Virus record (IMG/VR): IMGVR_UViG_3300030372_005199
Coordinates: 1 to 48,483 of that record
DNA length: 48,483 nucleotides
DNA from: a virus
Taxonomy: Duplodnaviria > Caudoviricetes
Reading direction: 5' to 3' (one strand)
Part shown: in pieces, positions 18,351 to 26,650 of the stretch
Position numbering within the stretch: the stretch's first letter is position 1
Layout of the letters: the number at the start of each line of letters is the position of its first letter
Notes under the pieces: generated by a model
Databases searched by the model: none
The model's input: the letters and a program-made list of their open reading frames with translations, nothing else
Told to the model about the DNA's origin: nothing
Made by a program: the position numbers and the translations under genes

Positions 18351-19796
18351 CTACTGATTAAAGCTCACGATGATTTCTTGGTTAGAATCGTCGGCCGCCG
18401 GAGTGTTCAGTGCAACGAAAGGAACGCTGATAACAACTTCTTCCGCTTCCGGCACACTTAACCCAGCGAAGTTGAGTTCGCAGGTTGGCATCCGGACCAA
18501 CACCTTGAGTCCGGTGGCGCTGCCAAGCGTAACAACGATTGGAACACTTGCGAAACTTGGGTTGTCTGTAGCGCCGAGCTGGACGTAGCGTTGCGCCAAA
18601 CTCTTGATGAAGTCTTTACGAGCACGGAAGCTGATGTTCCCGGAAGTTGCTCTGTATCCGGCAATGAAGTCGGATGTGCCCTTGGTAAAGGCTTCGTCAC
18701 TTAAAGGCTTCAAACCGTTCGTCACTGTCACGTCAAACGCTGTGATCGGTAAGGTAACACCGTTCAGCACTAGGCTTCCGCCAATCCCGTTGACCGGGCT
18801 TCCGGCGGTTGTCTCTGTGTATGTCTCAGGGGTGATCGCTTCGCCGGTTGCGTAGGAACCTGACGTCACTGTGAGCGTATCTGCTGCTGACTTGGCGGTT
18901 ACGATCGCGGAACCAGTGTTGATATCTATGCAAGAACCGACCATGAAGTTTACACCGTCGCCAGTAACGAGCGGGACGGACGTGCTTGATGGAGAAGACG
19001 AACCGTGCGTGTTACCGGTTCCGGTCAGTGCGTAATTGAAAGCTCCACCACTGAACGAGATGCGCGGCTCGTCGCCACCGCTCGCCGAGATGCTCACTTC
19101 CTCAACCCAGCAACCGAACAAATCTTCGCGGAATACACCGTTGGCCGTTCGCGCCATGCGAACAGTCGGCAGATCGTTCACGTCAGAAACACGGTAGGAC
19201 AAGAGCCGAGCGTGGTTAGAACCGCCCGAGCCCCAAGTCCCGAACGTTTGTGAATCAACGTCAAAAGTGACGTCAGTCCCGTTCGCGTTTACCGCGAGGA
19301 CTTTGTATTGGTTACCGTTCAGCTGAGTCATTCCGGTAACGTTTTCAAAATACACTTGGTCGTTCACTCTGAATGGGTGACCAGCACCGAAAGTGATAAC
19401 AGCGCTTGACGCTTTGGTCGCGGCTGTGATCTCAGCGCAAACTTCCGTAGAGTTTGCCGCGCTCAGTGTGCTCGTGGTTCCTGTGCCGAAAGCGCCACGG
19501 AGCAACGGAGCGATATCAGGCATGACCTTCGTTCCGGCTGGGAGCAGGTAGCTTTCGCAGCTCCAGGCGACGTCTTGCTTGCCTGTGATTTTCTCGAGAA
19601 CAGAACGCGAAGAACGTGCGTCCATTCTGTCGTTACGTGCAACGGTAAAGTCCATCGTCGTAGCGAGCACCTTAGCAGCGTCGCCTCCAGCGAGGGCTTC
19701 TTGGCTTGATGTGCCGTACTGCGCTCCAGCGGTTGTTTCTTCCTTGCAGAAGAAGCGCAGGTTTCTTCCTAATGCGTGGTCGGTTGTTGCTCCCAT
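18351..19796 (-). CDS. Major tail tube protein with inserted E1-FCCH-like domain
   Basis: Position and N-terminal CKEETTxG; insert ITAATKA..AVIT...HPF...VYFENVTGMTQLNG. Confidence 0.8.
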   Translation of the reverse strand: MGATTDHALGRNLRFFCKEETTAGAQYGTSSQEALAGGDAAKVLATTMDFTVARNDRMDARSSRSVLEKITGKQDVAWSCESYLLPAGTKVMPDIAPLLRGAFGTGTTSTLSAANSTEVCAEITAATKASSAVITFGAGHPFRVNDQVYFENVTGMTQLNGNQYKVLAVNANGTDVTFDVDSQTFGTWGSGGSNHARLLSYRVSDVNDLPTVRMARTANGVFREDLFGCWVEEVSISASGGDEPRISFSGGAFNYALTGTGNTHGSSSPSSTSVPLVTGDGVNFMVGSCIDINTGSAIVTAKSAADTLTVTSGSYATGEAITPETYTETTAGSPVNGIGGSLVLNGVTLPITAFDVTVTNGLKPLSDEAFTKGTSDFIAGYRATSGNISFRARKDFIKSLAQRYVQLGATDNPSFASVPIVVTLGSATGLKVLVRMPTCELNFAGLSVPEAEEVVISVPFVALNTPAADDSNQEIIVSFNQ

Positions 19797-19798
19797 GA

Positions 19799-20026
19799 CT
19801 AGCTCTCACTTTCGTTTGGTTGTTCTTGCTCGGAATCAGCAGCCTTCTTGGAAACTTTCTTGGCTACTTTCTTCGCGGTTTTCTTAGGCGCGTCAGAACA
19901 CTTTTCCCAATCGGGCGTGTTGCAAAGTGACTCAGCCGTTCCTTCAGGCAAGTCCAGCTCTTCTCCGGCAGAAATAGCCCTGTCTCCGAGCCTGATCGGG
20001 TTGCTGCCTGTATACTTCACTTTCAT
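19799..20026 (-). CDS. Small hypothetical virion-associated protein
   Basis: SD GGAGGTG; MKVKYTG...GEELDLPE pattern with Lys-rich tail. Confidence 0.7.
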   Translation of the reverse strand: MKVKYTGSNPIRLGDRAISAGEELDLPEGTAESLCNTPDWEKCSDAPKKTAKKVAKKVSKKAADSEQEQPNESES

Positions 20027-20036
20027 ATCACACCTC

Positions 20037-20492
20037 CTATGACTGTCCTGAAGTTCTCATGTACGCGACTTCCGTACTTAGGATCATAGTTCCTTCGTGC
20101 ATAGCGTCCGGTGATCCTTCGTCTGTGTCAACCGATAGTACCGTTGTTGAGATTGCATTGGAACCCCTAGTGGTATCCACGTTGAGCGCCGCTATAATGT
20201 CGTCCAGAAGGTTGTTCAGCTTTGTTTGGCGAGCCGGTTGGGTCGCTTCGGATATATGCACAATGATCTGGATAGGAAGCACGCATCGGATTTGATCGCC
20301 TGGGAGATACTCCAACTGCTCGGCGAGCGGAACATAACCGATCCAAGGCTTCAGCCCTTGCGGTACACCCGCCCAAGCTTTCCCAACTGGCTCCACCGTA
20401 ACGACGGTGACGTTGTACCCGTTGCCGGTTGTAATCGAAGCGAGCGTTGTGCTCAGGTTGCTGAGTATGCTTGATCGTGCAGGCGTTCCCAT
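20037..20492 (-). CDS. Tail terminator protein (lambda gpU-like)
   Basis: RxxIL..L...LASIT..NGY start, LLDDIIAAL; position before the tail tube gene. Confidence 0.7.
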   Translation of the reverse strand: MGTPARSSILSNLSTTLASITTGNGYNVTVVTVEPVGKAWAGVPQGLKPWIGYVPLAEQLEYLPGDQIRCVLPIQIIVHISEATQPARQTKLNNLLDDIIAALNVDTTRGSNAISTTVLSVDTDEGSPDAMHEGTMILSTEVAYMRTSGQS

Positions 20493-21106
20493 TACTTCAC
20501 CTCAAACACTGATGCCCCAGCGAACACGTTCATGACAGCATCGCCGATGAGATTCTGTGTAAGCGGAGCCCATTTGTTCGCGGCTTCTGTTAAGTAGCCG
20601 GAACCCTTCTGGTCCGAGTACTTGCGGAGCATGTATTGCGCCACGTACTTCGGTTTCTTTTTGCTACCCTTCTTGACAGCGAACACACCGCGAGCGTTCC
20701 CGCCCTTGCTCTTCGGTGGGATATAAACGAGGACCCCGTAGTTTGATTTCCAATTCCGAGGGCTCCCCGTGTTCTTGGCTCTTTTTGTCAAAGGGACAGC
20801 GAGGTTGGGACCTCCTGGTTTCTTATTGATACGTCCGCCGGTTTCGCGGATAGCCGCGTACACGACCGAAGAGTAAGCTCCAGCCGTAAAGTAACCGCCC
20901 TCGATAATCGCTGGAGTAGGTTCAAAAGAGCCGGCGAGGTTACCAGTACCTCTCGGGAACTTAGCCCTGCACACTTGGTCAATGATTGTGGAGGCGAGTT
21001 GAGCTGATTCGAAAGCTGCTTTAAACGCTTTCTTCTTTTCCCAAGTGTCGGCCACTTCTTCCAGGAATCGGCCAAGCTCGTCGTCTTTGCTTGCCTTCTT
21101 AACCAC
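20492..21106 (-). CDS. Neck/tail-completion protein (HK97 gp10 or virion morphogenesis-like)
   Basis: PRGTGNLAGS and VYAAIRETGG motifs; start reassigned to GTG 21106. Confidence 0.7.
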   Translation of the reverse strand: MVKKASKDDELGRFLEEVADTWEKKKAFKAAFESAQLASTIIDQVCRAKFPRGTGNLAGSFEPTPAIIEGGYFTAGAYSSVVYAAIRETGGRINKKPGGPNLAVPLTKRAKNTGSPRNWKSNYGVLVYIPPKSKGGNARGVFAVKKGSKKKPKYVAQYMLRKYSDQKGSGYLTEAANKWAPLTQNLIGDAVMNVFAGASVFEVK

Positions 21107-21548
21107 CGTATTCTTCCGAATCTTTATCCTCAGAAACGTTGCCGGTTCCTGGGTAATCGTACTCGCCACGGCGGAAGTCAGGCTTCACAAAATCGCTGTC
21201 GTCGTTGATTGTATCGTGGCGGCTTCGGCTGAAGCTTCCGCTATACCTTGCACCACTGTTCCCGCGATTCTGCTTCAACAAATCCGCAAGGAGTTCCTGA
21301 TAATGCGAGAAGAATACTGTGGTGTCAGCGCTCATTCCAGCAGCGCTCCGGGCGACCGTCCTCGTGTAAGAGGCTATGATCGCACGGACCGCTGAAATGG
21401 AAGTGAGAAGGATATCGCTGTTGTGCTCTGTTAACAGAGCGTCCAAAGTTTCGTTAGACAAGAGCTGATCGGCCGTGTCTATGTCGCCAATCTTGAGGCG
21501 AACCTTATCTCTATTTGTAGAAAGAGATGCATCGTAAGACCAGCTCAT
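21099..21548 (-). CDS. Head-tail adaptor
   Basis: MSWSY...DKVRLKIGD...LLSNE pattern; two genes after the capsid gene. Confidence 0.7.
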   Translation of the reverse strand: MSWSYDASLSTNRDKVRLKIGDIDTADQLLSNETLDALLTEHNSDILLTSISAVRAIIASYTRTVARSAAGMSADTTVFFSHYQELLADLLKQNRGNSGARYSGSFSRSRHDTINDDSDFVKPDFRRGEYDYPGTGNVSEDKDSEEYGG

Positions 21549-21552
21549 GTCT

Positions 21553-21768
21553 TCATTCCTTTGGAGTTACATTCAGAACCTTCCGGCGTCTACGCTTCAC
21601 AGGTTTCTTAGGCGTAGGCGCAAGCCGTAACCACCCAAGATTCTTGTGTGCTTGTAATTGACGCAGAGGCCACGACGAAGCTTCCGGCACGGGATCGCCT
21701 ACTCGACGATCTTCGTACCGGCCCTCCGACGTTTTGACTTTCAATGGTTTCCCCGCTACCCAGTCCAT
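21553..21768 (-). CDS. Hypothetical basic protein
   Basis: Fills the gap after the capsid gene; Arg/Lys-rich C-terminus. Confidence 0.65.
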   Translation of the reverse strand: MDWVAGKPLKVKTSEGRYEDRRVGDPVPEASSWPLRQLQAHKNLGWLRLAPTPKKPVKRRRRKVLNVTPKE

Positions 21769-21774
21769 TGATTA

Positions 21775-22749
21775 TCAAGCGCAGTTGATGAAGCGAGCAC
21801 CGAGTACGGTTGAAACTTGCTTCTGGTCATAGGACATTTCCATTTCGATACGGTCACTGCGAAGGTGGTCCATACGGAAACGGCTCACACGCTGACCGTC
21901 CGGCCCTGCTCCAGTGTAACCACTCCAAGCAAAGGTGTATCCAGCTGCAGGATGCATCAAGCTCGGTGAATCTGGAACATACATCAGAACAGCGGTTGTT
22001 CCGGTGAAGATACGGCTGAAGCTGTCAGTCGCTCCCGCCGCTGCTGTGTTTTCAACACCGCGAGCGACAAGTACCTTATCCATTCCAAGCAAAGAAGCCA
22101 GCATGTCTTCGGTGACGACGCCTGTCTGGGTGTAACGGATACGATCAACAACGTCCGCTGAGTTCTTGATCGCGTTGTAAGCGTCAACACCGAGTACGAG
22201 CGTGTTCGCTCGAAAGCCGGTCTTACCTTCAATTGAATCAGCTTGCTGATCAATATCTTCAATAGGTGTACCGCCAGAAGCGTTCCACTTAGTGAAGCCA
22301 CCAGCGGCTAGGTTGATATCGGCTCCGGTGTTAGAACCAGTCCAAGAACCACCAGTAAAATAATCAGCGGCCCAGTCTTTGTCCCGCTTGATCATCATCT
22401 GCTGAGTCAGGAACTTAGTCGCGTCCGCGTCCATGTCCAAAGGAGCATCGGCGTTCGCACGGATCTGGTCAGCTACGTCTTTGTGAAGAGCTTTCACGCT
22501 GCAAGAATAAGAATCTGTCGTCAGGTCGTAACCTGCTCCAGCTGACTCAGTTCCAGGAGCGCGATCTTTAGCTTCCGCACGGAAGAAGTCGCCTTGATCG
22601 TACTTAAAGTACAGATCACTTTGCTTAGGTACACCCACAAGAGGGAACACCTGATTTGAAATGAAAGCCTTCGCTTCTTGTAGATAAGCGATGCTGACGT
22701 TAGTGAGTGGAGCATTTACATGAACATCACTGCGTGTTGGATTCGGCAT
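21775..22749 (-). CDS. Major capsid protein (gpE-like, HK97 fold)
   Basis: VHVNAPLTNVSIAY...VFPLVxVxKQSD...RAPGT pattern; SD AGGAGG. Confidence 0.9.
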   Translation of the reverse strand: MPNPTRSDVHVNAPLTNVSIAYLQEAKAFISNQVFPLVGVPKQSDLYFKYDQGDFFRAEAKDRAPGTESAGAGYDLTTDSYSCSVKALHKDVADQIRANADAPLDMDADATKFLTQQMMIKRDKDWAADYFTGGSWTGSNTGADINLAAGGFTKWNASGGTPIEDIDQQADSIEGKTGFRANTLVLGVDAYNAIKNSADVVDRIRYTQTGVVTEDMLASLLGMDKVLVARGVENTAAAGATDSFSRIFTGTTAVLMYVPDSPSLMHPAAGYTFAWSGYTGAGPDGQRVSRFRMDHLRSDRIEMEMSYDQKQVSTVLGARFINCA

Positions 22750-22776
22750 TTTCTAGATCCTCCTATAAATGCTTGG

Positions 22777-23172
22777 TTATGCGAGATAGCTTGGAGCAGC
22801 GCAGTTAATAACAGCGGTTCCGATTTCACCGGCTCCACCAGTCGCGGTCAACATAGTCCCAGACATGTACTCGTTGTTATCAGTCCCAGGGATTTTTTTG
22901 TTGGCCTTGCTATCCGCCGCCGGACCGATGATGTTGTGCTCATCAAGAGCTGCATCAGTCACGATCTTCGTGCAGCCAACAACCATCACAGCAGCCGCCT
23001 GACCCGAAGTAGGTTTGTTTTGAAGAACACCAATGGGGCGATCTGTGATTGCTGTACAAACATTGACCTTCCCGTTCGCGTCTGTTTTAACGAATAGATA
23101 TTGTGAAGACGACAGATCAGCTGCTGCTTCCAGAGTGATCATAAGTCTACCGCTAGTGTTGTCATAAGCCAT
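22777..23172 (-). CDS. Capsid cement/decoration protein (DUF2190-like)
   Basis: AAADLS..QYLFVK...IGVLQNKP..G pattern directly before the capsid gene. Confidence 0.75.
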   Translation of the reverse strand: MAYDNTSGRLMITLEAAADLSSSQYLFVKTDANGKVNVCTAITDRPIGVLQNKPTSGQAAAVMVVGCTKIVTDAALDEHNIIGPAADSKANKKIPGTDNNEYMSGTMLTATGGAGEIGTAVINCAAPSYLA

Positions 23173-23183
23173 GACGGATCTCC

Positions 23184-24230
23184 TTACTTACCTTGCTCTT
23201 CAAGGTATTGTGAATAGAGTTCTGGATGCTTCTTCATCACTTGCTCAAATGCCAGCGCGTAGGATCCACCAGATTTCTGAACTACTTGTTTCGCCATTGT
23301 GTCGAGCTTGGCGTAGGCGTTAGCTCCACCGCTTGTTTCGGTGTTCGTACCGAACTCCTTGAACAAATCGGCTTTTTCAATGGTAGTGCTGACTGACTTG
23401 AAAACAGTTTCCAAGTCTTCCGCTACTTTTGGCGCAACCGAAGCGAGGGTTTTGAGCATGATGCCCAGCTCTTCCGAAGACTTGCCTGGGATATGCGGAA
23501 ATTCTTTTTCAGCTTTGGAGACGTACTCTTTGCGGAGGCGCTCGTCACGCTCTACCTTCAAAGACTTCTCAAGCTTCTCGGCTTTGGCGATTGCGTCACG
23601 GTTTGATTTCCAAAGAGCAGTCATTTGACCACGAACATTTTCGGGAAGTTCGTTCAGGGATTTTTGGATAGACTTTTCAGCCATGTCCTCGCCCTTCTCT
23701 TCTTCCTCTTCTTTCTCTTCTTGGATTTCGGAAGCGAGGCTTGTTTCAGCGTCGGGCTTGTCTTCGGATTCGTGTCCCGGCTCGTGTTCCTTGCCGTGTT
23801 CTTCCGTATGCTCTTTTTCGCTTTCTTCTTCGGCCTTCATGTAGTCTTCCGGCCGACCTTCCGGCTTTTCCACTTTTTCCTCGTCCTCGTCAGCTTTATC
23901 GGCTTCTTCCTCTTCGGCCTTATTTACACCAAGGCCTTTAGCAAGAAGGTCCACCGCGGACTCCGATGAAAGGGTGTCTGAGTAAGCGTTGAGGATTTTC
24001 ATTGCGCCTTTCAAAGCTTGTGCGGTTTCTTCGTTGATATCCGCGCTTTTCAAGACTGTTTCGAATTGGTTGTCTTCGCTGCTAGGAGCGTCGATCACTG
24101 CGTGTAGGATGTCTGACATCTTTTCTTTCTCCAAGGATTTCATGACTGGGAACCTTTTCTTTTTGTTTGCTCCAGCAGGAACAAGACTCACTTCCAAAGT
24201 TTCCACGTCGGTCAAGGCTGTTATAGCCAT
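23184..24230 (-). CDS. Capsid scaffolding protein with N-terminal EVSLVxxGAN motif
   Basis: Acidic/coiled-coil body, C-terminal HPELYSQY; TGATG-coupled to the protease gene. Confidence 0.7.
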   Translation of the reverse strand: MAITALTDVETLEVSLVPAGANKKKRFPVMKSLEKEKMSDILHAVIDAPSSEDNQFETVLKSADINEETAQALKGAMKILNAYSDTLSSESAVDLLAKGLGVNKAEEEEADKADEDEEKVEKPEGRPEDYMKAEEESEKEHTEEHGKEHEPGHESEDKPDAETSLASEIQEEKEEEEEKGEDMAEKSIQKSLNELPENVRGQMTALWKSNRDAIAKAEKLEKSLKVERDERLRKEYVSKAEKEFPHIPGKSSEELGIMLKTLASVAPKVAEDLETVFKSVSTTIEKADLFKEFGTNTETSGGANAYAKLDTMAKQVVQKSGGSYALAFEQVMKKHPELYSQYLEEQGK

Positions 24231-26650
24231 CACAATTCTTCTTTCAGTTCTATGAACTCGACTTCGGGCATACTGGCTTTCGTTGTCTCTTGGCGGTTAC
24301 CATAACCTCCAATGGAGTAAGCGTTCAACTCACCCGCTTTGACCTTCGCCCACTCCGCATCCCCTAGTTTCGTACCTAGCACCCACGAGCCTGAATGTAC
24401 GACATCGTCCCCGAAGGGCATCGTATATGCTCTATGAGGTTCACCGTCCATAGCTTTTTGATAATCGGCTCGCGTCGGATACGGAACCATGTAGCTCTCC
24501 ACAGGGGAGGCGCTAGTTTCTTCGCTATGGTCAAGCCCAATAACCCGCGACTCCGCGAGCCACCTGTGGGCAGTTTCCTCAATTGCTCTTGGAGGAACCC
24601 AATCGTCTTGTGAGTCAATTTGGTACGGATCCAAAACAACTCCATAGACTATTTGTTTCTCCTGGTCTGCCTTCGCAATCGGCACCACCATAGACAGCGC
24701 TTCAGACTCGCCAGGAAGAACCTGACTAGAACGATCCTGCTTTTCAATCAGCTCATCTGGATTCGAACCTATGTCCTCTTCTGTTTTAGAGTATCCGACA
24801 GGGCTAAAGGTTGCGTCAAGAGATTTATTAGCATTTCGCTTCAGGACTGTTTTTATTTTCCGGCTGACTTCGCCGCTATCCCCAAACCGGCGAACGGCTT
24901 TCGGGTGTGGGAGGCTACACGTTGCAAGGTCGCCGAGTGCTTGTTTAGCAACGCGACCAAGCGCGATAACTTCCCGAGGTTGTTGGTTTTCTAACCACTC
25001 AAGTTGAGAAACATCCACAACACAGATGTCGCTCTTCCGTAGGTTGAGCGGCTTGAGGTACATGTCGTTGAATATCCTACCGTCCTGCCCTGCTAAGTAC
25101 GTCCCACGAGCAACGTCCACTTCGTTCGGTTCTTCCACAACGAAAACGAACGGACTGTCTGGGTTGTGAACCGGAACGCTGCTTTTGTTCAGTCGCTTGA
25201 GTTGCGCTTGGCGCTTTTCGTACAAAGCCTTGGACTCGCGCACTAGCTCGGAAGCCGCGAACTTCATGCCTCGTTTTGACATCTCTTCCGTGGAGTACAT
25301 GGCTGCTCGCACAGCGCCTTCTCGCACCGCGTCATCTCTGCTGTGTTCTTTGAACCAGGAAAGCAAGTGCTGGAACACAACCTTTAAATCGCTATTGTTC
25401 AGCTCAGAGAGCGTGTCAGGTTGCATCTGTGCAATCGCCATCAGTGCTATCGCTTTGTCGCTTCCTTTGGAATACTTGCGCTTTCCGCCTGCTTTGCTTC
25501 TAGCGGCTTGATGGATCTTGGCGTACGCCCATCCAGGGATCTTGTCCTTGGCTAATTCCAGCGCCGCTTCAAGGTACTCCTTGCTCGCCTTCTCAACTTC
25601 TTGTTCCTTCTTAGCTTCGCGCTCAGCGATGCTATTGGCCCAAGTCTTACCGGCATCGCCGCCCCAAAGTTTCCAGGCAATCAAACCGGAACCTGGATAA
25701 CCTGGGGCAGAACGGTCGCGGTTCTTCGGTGCCTTCAAGTCAACCTCGTGCCGAGCAAAGTAGCTGACCATCCTGTTGATAGTCTCCAGGGGGATGCCGT
25801 CGCCGTTAGATAAATTTCTAGCGCGTGCAACACCGATCTCGGTTCCTCCGCGACCGTGCTCACGACGCATCTCCAAGCCGCGAGCCGCTTCCTCTTGTAC
25901 ACCCTTGGGCGGCTTGAAAGATTCCTTGAGGAGAGCTGTAGCGTCCGCCTTCTTGGTTGATTTCGGGTGGCCCTTGGGAAGCAGGTCAAAGTCTGTTTTG
26001 TACTTGGGGTTCGCTGGTCTGCCCGAACTCAACAACTTCAAGAACGCATTGACCCGCGCTATCGCCCACTGGTCGCGGCTGGTCACGTTGGCTCGGTGGC
26101 TTGTGGAGAAAGCACCCGCGCCTCTACGGAACACAGCCTTCAACATCCCAAGGTCGGCTCGTTTGGTTTTGGCGTCACCGACCTTTTCGTTGTGCTCGTC
26201 GCGCTTCGTTTCCAACGTTTTTATGTTCGCTTCGCTGAGCACGATACCGCCTCTAGAACCTCCCGCTGAACCCCTGGGGTTTCGCGTACTCCCTGTTCGC
26301 CTTTCGCTAGGTTTCGCTGGAGCCTTGTCAAAGCGCGATCCCGCTCTGGCGGTAGCAGTGGCAGCGGCTAACTCTTTGTCGCCTGTGCGTTCGAGTATGG
26401 CGTTGTAGATCTTGTCCCACTCTTCGCCCTTCTTCAGCGGGTCGTGCTGTGCGTACTCCGGGTCGGGTGTTCCGTACTTGTCAACGGGTTCTTCAGGCAA
26501 ACGATCGGGATCGTGCTCTAGTATAACTTCCACAGTGATTGACTCCACCGCTCCTTCGTGTGGCGCGTAGTCGCCAACCATCAAGATCGGTCCGCCTTCG
26601 TACTGCATCCAGTGATAACCCTTCGGGGCTGCTATATTAATCTTCCGCAT
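24230..26650 (-). CDS. Multidomain head protein with C-terminal XkdF-like (S78-type) prohead serine protease
   Basis: C-terminal EKQIVYGVVLDP...DSQDD...IEETAH...H...ESY...GSWV...W..VK.GELNAYSIGG; several extra N-terminal domains. Confidence 0.8.
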   Translation of the reverse strand: MRKINIAAPKGYHWMQYEGGPILMVGDYAPHEGAVESITVEVILEHDPDRLPEEPVDKYGTPDPEYAQHDPLKKGEEWDKIYNAILERTGDKELAAATATARAGSRFDKAPAKPSERRTGSTRNPRGSAGGSRGGIVLSEANIKTLETKRDEHNEKVGDAKTKRADLGMLKAVFRRGAGAFSTSHRANVTSRDQWAIARVNAFLKLLSSGRPANPKYKTDFDLLPKGHPKSTKKADATALLKESFKPPKGVQEEAARGLEMRREHGRGGTEIGVARARNLSNGDGIPLETINRMVSYFARHEVDLKAPKNRDRSAPGYPGSGLIAWKLWGGDAGKTWANSIAEREAKKEQEVEKASKEYLEAALELAKDKIPGWAYAKIHQAARSKAGGKRKYSKGSDKAIALMAIAQMQPDTLSELNNSDLKVVFQHLLSWFKEHSRDDAVREGAVRAAMYSTEEMSKRGMKFAASELVRESKALYEKRQAQLKRLNKSSVPVHNPDSPFVFVVEEPNEVDVARGTYLAGQDGRIFNDMYLKPLNLRKSDICVVDVSQLEWLENQQPREVIALGRVAKQALGDLATCSLPHPKAVRRFGDSGEVSRKIKTVLKRNANKSLDATFSPVGYSKTEEDIGSNPDELIEKQDRSSQVLPGESEALSMVVPIAKADQEKQIVYGVVLDPYQIDSQDDWVPPRAIEETAHRWLAESRVIGLDHSEETSASPVESYMVPYPTRADYQKAMDGEPHRAYTMPFGDDVVHSGSWVLGTKLGDAEWAKVKAGELNAYSIGGYGNRQETTKASMPEVEFIELKEEL

